DNA from: Acanthaster planci
Lineage: Eukaryota
NCBI RefSeq assembly: GCF_001949145.1
Contig: NW_019091355.1
Coordinates: 3,330,646 to 3,394,645 of the forward strand
Direction of reading: 5' to 3'
DNA length: 64,000 nucleotides
Shown: piece by piece, positions 12,479-22,872 of the stretch
How positions within the stretch are numbered: the stretch's first letter is position 1
How the letters are laid out: every line of letters begins with the position of its first letter
Notes under the pieces: model-generated
What the model was told of the DNA's origin: nothing
Database searches by the model: none
Seen by the model: only the letters and a program-made list of their open reading frames with translations
Made by a program: the position numbers and the translations under genes

Positions 12479-14297
12479 ATGAGGAAAAGGCAAGTTTTCT
12501 GCAATTAGCAACCTAGGGAATAGTTTACCTCATAAGTAGTGAACCTACAGGTGTAAATTCAGCTTATAAAATCAATCGGATATTCAGTTGTGCCCCCGGG
12601 TAAAATGTTTCAAAAGAAATCCCTATAAATCAGGACAGGGCCCAGTACCAGTATACGGCGGAGTAGTATACATTGGGCCCTGTTTACAGGTTTACCTTTC
12701 AATAGAGCCTGAAGGTAAAAGGTCATGCAGCGAGCTTCCGGAACCCTCGCGTGGTCCTCCTATGGGGATTTTACAGTGGGCCGTCCTATCATGTTTGATA
12801 ATTTTTGGAAAAATAATTCCTAACTGAAGCCACCCCACGAAATACTCATGTTGGAATTTTACCTTTATCTTCCGCAAGTAATATTTGGGAAAGGTCACCT
12901 GGAGATGGGTAAAAAAATGAATTTTATTAATGACCGTTTCACATCCGGTGATATCGTACCTAGGTCTCCTCGCTAATGCACGTTTGTTTTCACTGGCCGT
13001 GCTTAATTGAAAATGAGATTGTACAACGTTGCAAAGATTTACCAACCTGCTTTCGATGGGTTTCAGATTCCGTTGAGTTGACATCATGTAGTTGTTGTCA
13101 GCAAAGGTTAGATAAAATTTTAGAATCTTTCGTAAAAGTAGAGCATTGCTTTAAGTTCATTACATGTACCTTATAAATTGTAAAACTGTAAAATATATTT
13201 ATCTGTTTTTATTTTGGCTTTTACCCACAGACTACCATAAAATTTCAAACCGTAAATGTTCATCTGCGTACAAGACCGCCTCATTGCACTGTTTATTAGA
13301 TTTTTGGAAGTGATGGGTCAGTTTTTGGCAGGATATTTCTCTTTTAGGTCAGGTAATTTTTCAGTTTCTATAAATTCATCTACTAGCAAATATTTTCCAA
13401 AGCCCTTTTTCCGAGTTGGATTTTTTAAGAGGTAACTGAACGAAAAAACCTTAAAAATTCTAAAATCTTTGCACGTTATTTTTCCTATTCAAGGGTTCTG
13501 GAAGCACGCCATCAGGGGTCTACTTTCAGGCTCTGTAGGCCTGCATCCATGATCATGCTGAGATTCAATGAGACAATGTAATGCAGGCCCAGTGACAGAA
13601 ATACCAATAAAATTCCAGGTGGTCTTAAACTTTTGCAAATGACTGTAGTTTAAAGTTCCCCTCCTTTGTATTTAATTTGTTTTGGGGTATAATTTCCCCA
13701 CAAATTTACTGATGAAAGCCACAATTTTGAATCTTTGAACAGTTTTTCTCAGCTCCTTAAAAATAACATCATGAAAATGAATAATTGTCTTGTAAAGAAA
13801 GAAATCTTTTTATTATAAATGTGAATTAGTTAAATCATTTTATGATTATTTTAATTTCACAGATCAAGCCCCTTATTGTCATAATATCTGCTCTTGGAAC
13901 ATTGATGAAGGTCCAAGCAAGACGGTCAGATTGTGAAATCAAAGAGGGCCAGCAGTCTACAACCCTTAGAAGAGGAGTTTAAAACAATGGTGAAAACTGC
14001 ATGCATCACTTTGCAAATACTGACCGTGACCCTAACCCCACCAGATGCAGCATTCTGCTGCAGATGTAAACGTCTGATGCACTGTAGCCGTGTTCCTATT
14101 GGACTTCTTCTTCCGCAGGCACGCGAAAACTTACCGCGACAATCCTTCATGTCAATCTGCTGCGCATTCCCAATTGGACTTTTTTTTTAACCGTAACGGA
14201 ATGATTATAGAGGGATTTCACATTAGCGCCGTCTGCTCATATCCGCATCGAAACCGAGGCTCTCTGTGTTGAAATTTGTTTAAATGTTTATTGTGAT

Positions 14298-14516
14298 TTG
14301 CTTGGCATGAAACGACTGAGAATATTTCTTCCCCCCCCCGGATGGGATGCCAGTCCATCGCAGGTTGCTTCCCTGCTAATGCTGGTACCTATTTATAGTC
14401 TTGGGTGGAGAGAGGCAAGCAGGGGTGAAGTGGCTTGCCAAGGGCCACAACATACTGCCAGCAGTTGGATTCGAACCTCCAACCCAATGATTGGAAACCA
14501 TAGACCCTAACCACTT
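14298..14516 (-). mobile_element. tRNA-derived SINE with conserved central domain
   Basis: Minus strand: GTGGTTAGGG...GGTTCGAATCC head, CCTTGGCAAGCCACTT...CTCTCTCCACCCAAGACTATAAATAGGTACC core, and GCGATGGACTGGCATCCCATCC tail, as recalled for widespread invertebrate SINEs. Confidence 0.8.
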
Positions 14517-15529
14517 TGCCAAAGGAAAGAGATCAGCCATACTTTTCCATTTTTTTTTACGAGCCGAGCCTTAAGTTTCATATAGCAGCTTTTTACAGTC
14601 ACTTTGACAGCAGTTCTGTGACAATCAGTGTCTGTGACACTGTTCTCATGGAGCACCCACTTTCCCGAAACAGGTCAACCAAAAAAAATGTACCTGCACT
14701 TTCAACTGCTGTGCTGAGTGCACACAGTGGCTGGTACGCTTGTAACCTTCAACTTCAAAGGACCAAATCAACTATAAGTTGTATGTCAGATTGACTTGAA
14801 ACTCCACATCTGTATTGATAAGGAGTGTTTTACATGCACGTCGAGTGTTGAAAAAATTGGGCTTGGGACGGCTGAGATCTTGGCTGTGAGATGGTACAAA
14901 ATAACCCATCAACTTCAGTGTTAACAGTGGAATAAAATTGACAGAACTTGATGACATTGATTGGTTTCTTCTAGCAATCCTGGCAGGAGGAATTTCCATT
15001 GTGTTTGCTGCATCAGAGGCTCCGCTATAAAATGCTGATCAACCATAGAGGGCGCCATTACCATTCCATGAAGCCTGCTACATCACACAACAGTAATGGA
15101 AAGAGTAAAGGGGAAAAAAAGAACTGGACACTGCCTTAATGGCACTGGAAAGAGGAAAAACAGAACTGAATGCTGCCTAACTTTAATCACAGCAGTAGCG
15201 CCCCCACTCATCCAGAAAAGCTGACAAAATTTTATTTTCCAAGATATGCGATCAAGTTTCAACCAACCCAGTTGAATTTTTAGTGACATGTACATGATAT
15301 AAATCAGAACATTTGGAAGTGTAAATCTAGAAAGGTTTGGAAATTTATGTTAGACCTTAAATATACTGAAATACATGCAGGGTCTGAATATGTTGTGTAC
15401 TCTCTTTAACATATTGAAATTTCTGTTTTTGTTATTTAAATACATGTAAATATGCTGTGTCCTCTGACCTTTTTTGAAATTGCGCAATCCTAACCTTTAA
15501 ATATAAGTTCCGAAATTATATTTATCAAG

Positions 15530-15611
15530 AGGCCTATGGCCTGGTGGTTAGCTTGCTCGCTGCCAGGCCAGGGGATCCCGGTTCAAATCCCGGGGTCCCC
15601 GGAAAAGGAAG
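15530..15611 (+). mobile_element. tRNA-like head (SINE or tRNA pseudogene) truncated by an assembly gap
   Basis: TGGCCTGGTGGTTAG (A box) and CCCGGTTCAAATCCCGG (B box/T arm); anticodon arm imperfect. Confidence 0.55.
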
Positions 15612-16685
15612 NNNNNNNNNNNNNNNNNNNNNNNNNNNNNNNNNNNNNNNNNNNNNNNNNNNNNNNNNNNNNNNNNNNNNNNNNNNNNNNNNNNNNNNNN
15701 NNNNNNNNNNNNNNNNNNNNNNNNNNNNNNNNNNNNNNNNNNNNNNNNNNNNNNNNNNNNNNNNNNNNNNNNNNNNNNNNNNNNNNCTCTGTACTGGAGA
15801 TAGGCAAGGGTGGAAGGCCTAGGGCCTGGAAGTCTGACAGATGATAGGAAGGGTAGAGTGGATGGCTGAGAGCTTGGGACTGTCAGTATTAGAGCTCTGA
15901 GGATCCCATGGGGTTGAAGGACATAGCTTCTTAATGTTCCATATTGCTATTGGGTTTATTGTAGCCCTTATAAGATTGAGACTAAAAGGCTTTAAGAGGG
16001 AGAAGATGTTTGAGACTGCAGGGCTTCCATGTGGGATGAGGCTGTAATGTAAAATCTAAAGATGGAAACAGATGCACCTTAAACTCTGGCAGTGTCCAGA
16101 TTAGAAGGGTTGAGTGGCAAAGTGCTAGAGTTTCACAAACAGGTATACATGTTCAAACAAGTTGTTCTGCTAGTTTAAATAAATGAGCATTTATTTCACT
16201 TGCAAATAGAAATTAACTGGTTATAGCAATAAATGGTGATTGTTTTACATACAAACAAAGCATTTTTGCAAGGTAATACATGTATTTTCAAATGAAACAA
16301 ATTTCAGGTCAGTGCTAAAGGGTCCTTAGAATTCACTAAAAGGTGTTTAAATTAGTGAAAGTTATTGTTTTCGACATTAATTTAGGAAACGGGGCTGGTT
16401 AAAATTTAAACATGTTGGCCACTAAAAAATGTAGTTTTATGACTAAAAAATAAAACTGTTTCAATCAAATACATGTATTCTTTCATACACGGAGTAATAG
16501 AGTGTTTTTCAAAAATTACATTATACATTTTTGCAGTAATGACCTTTCAGCACCGAGCCAACAATTTGCAACTTGCAGTTTTGTGATAATGTGATAAGTG
16601 AAAGACTTTTCTCTAATGCTCTGGCAATGTGGATGTACAACTTGGAAAATGCAAAATGCACACAGAATTTTGTCCAAGGAAAAAC

Positions 16686-16808
16686 TTATAAAGATGAACA
16701 AAGAAATTGGAGCAGGATTTGACCCTGCGACCTCTGGAACAGCATACCAGTGCTCTACCAAACTTGAGCTATCCAGCCCTATGTCGGTGGTTCTTCCCAT
16801 TTGTCAAT
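16686..16808 (-). mobile_element. tRNA-like SINE family A, copy 3
   Basis: Reverse complement reads AAATGGGAAGAACCACCGACATAGGGCTGGATAGCTCAAGTTTGGTAGAGC...GGGTCAAATCCTGCTCCAATTTCTTTGTTCATCTTTAT, colinear with copy 2. Confidence 0.78.
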
Positions 16809-17712
16809 GTCTCTGTTCGGGGGGGGGCGAACTTGTTAAAAGTGAGGTTCAGGGCAGCCAGTGGGTTGACTGAACAGTGCTGGTATTTTGGCTGCCTGAA
16901 TGGGAACACCATTCAATTTTTAAAAGCATGCAATAGATACAAGCTTTTAGTCCTCAAAAGAAGTAGTATCAAAGTGTCTAGAGTCTTTCCAAGTGGTAAC
17001 TATTTACAAATTATAGCATCTTGGTAACTGAAATGTGAACATGAATGTTTTTAAATGTGCATTAATATGAGTCAATGCATTACGATGGAAAGAAACAAAT
17101 TAAAGGTGAACAGAAGTCTTTCTTCAAAAGTAAACTGACCAACTGTCTATTCCATTTACAGAGTATATGTACCTCTTAAATCATGAATAATTAATGTACA
17201 TGTAAGTACAGTACAACGTCACTATACTGAACAATTCAGTTTACGGGACATGCTTCTTGGCTCCTAAATTTTCTGCGCACTTACTGAACATCACAAATTT
17301 GCTTTAAATAAAACAAAATTTAGGACTGATGACAGTGACTCAAAAGTTAAGATGTCAATAAACTCTGACATTGGAATGGCCATGTTATGAGCCCCTAGCA
17401 AAACAAGCAGCCGCACAAGAGAATCTGTTTTACACAAACAAGAACGCACGTGTATGTATGTGTAACAACTGACATTTCAACATTGGAAAGAGCACCTTCT
17501 TTTTTCTGCATATGGCAACCTCTCGGTTTTGCCAGGACTTTCCCCCGTTTTTTAAAGAAATCGGAACATTTTGATTTTTAAGCCTACATGTATGAAAATG
17601 CGACTGGGACAGTACCAATGAAATCGCAATAGTTGGGGAGGCATGCTACATCAAGCATTGCGTATGGACCCTGCCTGTTCATTATAGCAGCATTGTACTG
17701 TATACAAATGTA

Positions 17713-18890
17713 CACTACTCAAAAAAAAGTAAAGGATCAGACATTTGTCTTTGAAAATTTCAGCCAGGCGTGTACCTCATTGACATTACTTATTGTACAC
17801 TGAAGCTCATGTTCATGCTTGGTTGAGCACCACAGAATAAGAGACAATGCAATTGGTTAGTCGTGTTTCAGAACTAAATTAGCTGGAAGGGTCAAAAGCA
17901 TTGGGCGATGTATATTGCTCAGGTATTGCACAACTTCAAAATGACCACCTTTCACTCTCTTTGCACATAAATTAAGGATGGGATGACTCTGAGGCAAGGG
18001 GGTGAGAGAGTGGGCGTGTCTTAGAGAGTTGGGGGGGGTACAATGACATGAATGAGACTGGCCAGTGCTATACAACCCTATTGCGGTAAAATGATGTACA
18101 CACGTATGTGTCTCACTGAAATATTGGACCTCTTACCATTTTGTGTTTAGGTTTTGGAAACTATTTAATGTTCTGACAACCACAAATTTGATTTTTTTTG
18201 GTATCAATCATCATTTTAACAGATAATTTAAAAAATACGTGATTTGGGGGAAGATTTGCAAACAGATATATGTCAGACATTGTATTATTTTACTGAATAA
18301 AAGGGTCTCAACAGTTACGTGTAATTTGTTTATGCTGAGATACAAACATCTTCAAAGTGCTTCATTTCTGTGATTCAGAATCACAAAAAGTGCCTTCACA
18401 TTACTGAAATACTCATAAACGGTGCCCTCACGTTATCGCGATATCATTCCAACTCATAAACAGTACCCTCACATTACTGCGATATCATTCTAACTCATAA
18501 ACAACACCCTCACATTACAGTGATATTCTAACTCATAAACAGCGCCNNNNNNNNNNNNNNNNNNNNNNNNNNNNNNNNNNNNNNNNNNNNNNNNNNNNNN
18601 NNNNNNNNNNNNNNNNNNNNNNNNNNNNNNNNNNNNNNNNNNNNNNNNNNNGAGACCTCCCATTACTTGGTTAAAAGTCAATTTGTTATACCTCATTTTC
18701 AGGGGCGTAAAGGACCTGGACAAGGTGCTGACCAAAGTTTGTTTTCCAATGTCATGAGACTTCAGTACTGTAACGGAAGTTTCTTGTTTTGATGCCAGAA
18801 AAGAGCCAAATTAAATGACGCTCATTTTTATGCGATGTGAATACCATTTGTTTAAATTATTAATCACTACATTTGATCCTTTGAGTAGTG
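17713..18890. mobile_element. Non-autonomous Tc1/mariner-like element
   Basis: TA-CACTACTCAAA...AAAGGATCA on the left and TGATCCTTTGAGTAGTG-TA on the right. Further degenerate inverted match: CTGAAGCTCATG/AGCACC vs CATGAGACTTCAG/GGTGCT. Spans a gap, so continuity is assumed. Confidence 0.6.
18389..18546. repeat. ~41-bp minisatellite running into an assembly gap
   Basis: Unit AACTCATAAACAGTACCCTCACATTACTGCGATATCATTC(C/T), about 4 copies visible. Confidence 0.9.
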
Positions 18891-19050
18891 TACAAATGCA
18901 GATAGACTTGCTGCTTCTCTGAAAATTAAGATTGAGTCCTTTCCTTGCCTTTTTGTGAATCAATGCCTAAGATTCTGATGAGGATCCCTCATGGAATCTT
19001 GGAAACTGTTCCTCCTCAGTGAATGAGGCGAGGACTGGCATCTATCTGAG

Positions 19051-20296
19051 TTACTTCCTCTCCCTGACATTCTCATGAATCATCTCTGTGAAGTCCCATA
19101 GGATCTTGGCCTCCACCTTCCTTCTCTCCAGGTTGAAGGACGCGAGGGCGCTCTTCTCATCAGCATCGTGGTTTGCTTCTCCTCGGGCATACCCTCAGCT
19201 TTCATATGAGGAGGTCTGGGGAAGAAATTAATCATAGAAGGAACTAGGTTGCAGCAGAAATTAAGACATTTCTTCAAAAATTATAGGATCCTTGGCTTCT
19301 ACTTACGGCTTGTAATAATGGGCAATATTATGAGGAAGAAAAATTGAAATGTGCCGGGTTAGAATTTTAATAATAAAAAGACCAACAGGGCCAAATAATG
19401 TTTGATGGACAACTGCCACAGTTGCCCCCAATCCATCTTCTTTGATGTAGAGCAGTGCTGCACAGCAAATCATGAAACCCCAGCTGACAAGGCAGCCTTT
19501 TGCTCATGGTTATTAATAATGGAGACTTTTCTTAAATTATGCCCGTGCTGTTGTCGGTCTAAAGGTATTTCATATCTATGATTAGATGCTCCATTTCATG
19601 AGTTTTACTATTAGACCAATGAAACCCAAATTGTTCCTTGAACATGTCTCAGGAAATGTGGACCATTGATCAATGGTAATTTGTCATGAAACAGCAATAA
19701 ACCATGAAGTAAAAGGAACTTTAGGCCAGGAAAATGTGAACAATGCCAGTATAGTGGGTGCACTCAACTAGCTTGCCCGGATTACAAGCGTTTAACCTCA
19801 TCCCTATCGTCTTGCTTGATTGACACAATGCACACAACCAACCATAGGTCAGGGTTGCCCTAAAAGCTAGCCACAAGCACCCAAGGGTGGATCCAGGACC
19901 CAATTTTTTTTAGGGACAGGGACAAACTTGATTCTGGGGGCCAAATTTTTGTTTTAATTTTTAAAGTTGTTTGAGGGGTAAGGCTACATTTCCACTTTTC
20001 AAAGAAGGGAAATAAAATAAACCAAAACGATCCTTTAATTTTTTTCAATGAAAACAATTTTTGCTCCTTTTTTGGCCACGACCCCAATTGACCCCTCCCC
20101 CTTTCGCAGATTCATCCTTGCAGAAAGCCAGCAATGATATGAAGCACGGGAATCTTACCTGTCCTACTTATGATGTAACCTGCCTCTTCACTTTGAAGAT
20201 TTCATCGGTCAGTCCACTCGCACCGCGTGACGCTAGCCAGCCTAAACAAGTGCAGCCATGACAGTACATTCACCTGGCAATGAGGCCTTCCAAAAT
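19051..20296 (-). pseudogene. NKAP: NKAP (NF-kappaB activating protein) unprocessed partial pseudogene, last two coding exons
   Basis: Exon 20296-20159 (AG/GTAAG bounded) reads, with frameshifts and stops, FG-ASLPGECTVMAALV*AG*R..RG..GLTDEIFK-EEAGYIISRT. Exon 19215-19051 reads RPPHMKAEGMPEEKQ-HDADEKSALASFNLERRKVEAKILWDFTEMIHENVRERK*. These match the recalled NKAP C-terminus [33 protein letters not shown]...[55 protein letters not shown]. Confidence 0.88.
19882..20120. mobile_element. Decayed MITE in the NKAP pseudogene intron
   Basis: CAAGGGTGGATC ... GATTCATCCTTG imperfect terminal inverted repeats with G-rich and C-rich subtermini. Confidence 0.45.
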
Positions 20297-20977
20297 CTGT
20301 CACAGGGAAATATGGCAAAAACAACAAGAAAATTTCACCTAAGGTTGTTTTCGTGTATTTTTCCCAAGATTTTCAATGACTGTGGGAACCCCGTACAAAA
20401 AGGACAAAAGTACTGTACATTCTATCATTTGCAGTTACCCAAAAGGTGTCCAAAATTGTTGTTGAAAAGCACACTTACTTGGTTTAGATACTAAATTCTG
20501 TGAGAAACTGTTCTTTCTGGCAAACGGTCATCATGAAGAAACAATAATTTTAAGCAGGCGCCTTCTCAGAAAAGAGACAGATTGTAAAAGAGAGCCACTA
20601 CAGCCCTACAGTACGTGTGAGTCTTAGAGGCAGAAATAGCCTACTCATTTTCACAGAAATGGGCACACGTGTTATTAGCCAGCGTGTGTAGGCATGCCTA
20701 GTGTTGATCCTAGTCCAGCGTGTAGGATTAGTCTCAATGGTCTTTTCCAATGCTCCAAGTCTCATCACTGTGCACTCTCACTTGAAGAACTAGGCCTATG
20801 AATTTTATTCCTGTAAAGTGTGGAATAATAAAAACAAAATCTGTTGTACTTACTCCATCAATGTCATCACGTAGGCGTGCCATTAGTGATTCCTCAAAGA
20901 CTAATTTCATAAATTTCATGATATTATGATACACGAAGCCGCAACAATAACGGATAAAGCGACCACCGTGCGTTCAG

Positions 20978-21070
20978 TAGCTGGTCCCAGACTGGGGGGG
21001 GCCAGTCTACCGGACTCCCTCCGTATCTGTACTGTCCAGTGGCAGTAGACTGTCCCCCAATCTGGGGCTA
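20978..21070. mobile_element. Small TAG...CTA hairpin element inserted in the right terminal repeat
   Basis: CCCAGACTGGGGGGGGCCAGTCTAC vs GTAGACTGTCCCCCAATCTGGG; absent from the homologous left repeat. Confidence 0.6.
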
Positions 21071-21130
21071 ACTTCACACGTGCACGTGTGCCGCGCCACC
21101 GCACCCACGTGTTGTTTGCAGTGTGTCTGG

Positions 21131-21347
21131 TAGCCTTAGATCAAGGCGCCCGCGGCGAAATGGATAGTCAAGTCTACACGACGAACTGCATGCAGTAGCC
21201 GAGCTGTGTGTGTCGGGCGCATGCGTGCGGTTCGTCGTGTCGTCTTTCTTCGTTCGTTGATTTGGTACTTAAACTGGTCTCCTCAAGCTCCTATCCTCAC
21301 TCTTGATCGACTATCCATTTCGCCGTGGGCGCCTTGATCGAAGGCTA
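21131..21347. mobile_element. MITE with ~39-bp TIRs and an 8-9 bp target-site duplication
   Basis: TAGCCTTAGATCAAGGCGCCCGCGGCGAAATGGATAGTC vs GACTATCCATTTCGCCGTGGGCGCCTTGATCGAAGGCTA (2 mismatches). Flanked by TGTGTCTG(G) at 21122-21130 and TGTGTCTG(T) at 21348-21356. Confidence 0.88.
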
Positions 21348-21355
21348 TGTGTCTG

Positions 21356-21820
21356 TCCGTAGTCGGTCCGCACTACTACGGGGTTAGCCTTGCAAATTGG
21401 ACTTTTTTACAAATCTGTCCAAAATGTAATTTTTAGCCGGAGAGTATTTTCAAAGTGTATTTAGGCCTTAATATTTCTTTTTAGGTCGGAAGAATTTTTA
21501 CGCAATTTTCAGCCAATTCAAACCTTCTCATTTTCAGCTTAAAATTCAATAAAACGACAAGAAGATAGCCTTGCAAGGGGTAAACCTTGTTTTAATTAAA
21601 ATTTGGCCAAAATTTCACTTTTCTCCAAATACTTCCAGAGTGTGTTTTCAGCAAAAAAACGTACTCTTAGCATTTTAGACCTTTAGAGTTCTTTGTTCAA
21701 AAGCAGAATGATACGCAAGATTTCAGGCAAATTCAAAATGGGTCATTTTTCGGCTCAATATAAAACTACAAGGGGTTATCCTTGCAATTTATTACAGTTT
21801 GGGCCAAAATCCAGCTTTTA
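21356..21820 (+). repeat. AT-rich interspersed repeat, right part
   Basis: CACTACTACGGGGTTAGCCTTGCAA followed by degenerate units homologous to 10140-10450 in the same orientation. Confidence 0.6.
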
Positions 21821-22872
21821 ACTTTTCTATACAAGTCTTCAATTTATAACATGACGAGAAATGTATTTTTGAAGTACTTTCACTGAGCAAAAGAAAGAAT
21901 TTGTTGGGTATTGTTTGAGCAGATTCATGCTAATTTCCTTACCAACATAACCTCCCAAAACGCTGTAACTTCACCTCATGTAATCTTGAAATATAAATTC
22001 TGCCTTTTGTGCACTTTGCAAGCAAGAAAGCCAAAACAAAATAAAACAAAAGACAAAATACCGCTGCATTAGGATAAACATTATTACATTTTATGAGTCC
22101 AAACTTGAAATGGAACAAGAAAAGAATTCTGGGTTTACTTGTCCAACAGCTTTCACACCAGGCCCACAAATTTACCCTTCTTATTTCAATCAAATAAATC
22201 AGTTCCTTCGCATTATAATTTTGATTAATCGAATAAGCTTTCTGTTTGTTTATTTTTTTACATAAATTTAAATGTTGAAAATAGGTGTGGCCAAAATCGG
22301 CAAAAGAAGAGGTCCCTGATGAGATGGCTGAAAGGATATCTTTACAATGAAGTGTCCTTGAATAAATTTGATCGACGCAGACTCCTTTTGGAAAAACTTT
22401 CAATGGTGGAATGTTTGAGAGAGGCCTTTGACCATTCTCTGGAATCCTCCGAAAAGAAGCCCTTTTCACACAGGTTCTTGATTATTTAACACAAAACTTT
22501 ACCTCATCAACGGACACTGGATTGATCAAGCCACCAAATTATACATGCGGGCGTAGTTTTCAATTAACACCAGTGTACATATATAAGCAAGTTGCATGAA
22601 TATTATTTAATAAGATCAAATTTTCCCCTTTAAGATCATTTAACCCACCACACTTACAGATAAAAAAGATAATAATTTTCATACACATTTAAACAGACTG
22701 ACTAACTATGGAAAAAAAATATACATATGTTAATCATGTGCGCCTTTGTTATAGAAACTTTGAACATCAACTGTGAGAGAAGAATTGGAAAGCTCAGCCT
22801 AAAATCATCAAAACAAAGTTCATTCATAAAATACTAGTGTTAAAGCGCTCTGTGTTCTTTTACATGTAATCA

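Larger units (their letters stand above)
10507..21123. mobile_element. Large non-autonomous CACTA/EnSpm-like (CACTG) DNA element with long terminal inverted repeats and captured NKAP exons
   Basis: Left end CACTGCAAACAACACGTGGGTGCGGTG (10507) is the exact reverse complement of the right end ending CAGTG (21123). Inverted homology continues ~400 bp (10507-~10900 vs ~20640-21123; e.g. CTAGGATCAACACTAGGCATGCCTACA). TG flanks both ends. No transposase ORF was recognised, and the interval spans two gaps. Confidence 0.65.

Noticed and set aside
15536..15844. ORFs spanning N runs (also 37307-38064)
   Set aside because: Artefacts of assembly gaps.
18389..18546. CRISPR-like array
   Set aside because: Units are contiguous with no unique spacers, in a eukaryotic context with no cas genes; it is a minisatellite.
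21939..22540. 176-aa minus ORF and an exon-like plus-strand stretch
   Set aside because: No recognisable homology; the plus frames have stops and the composition is AT-rich.
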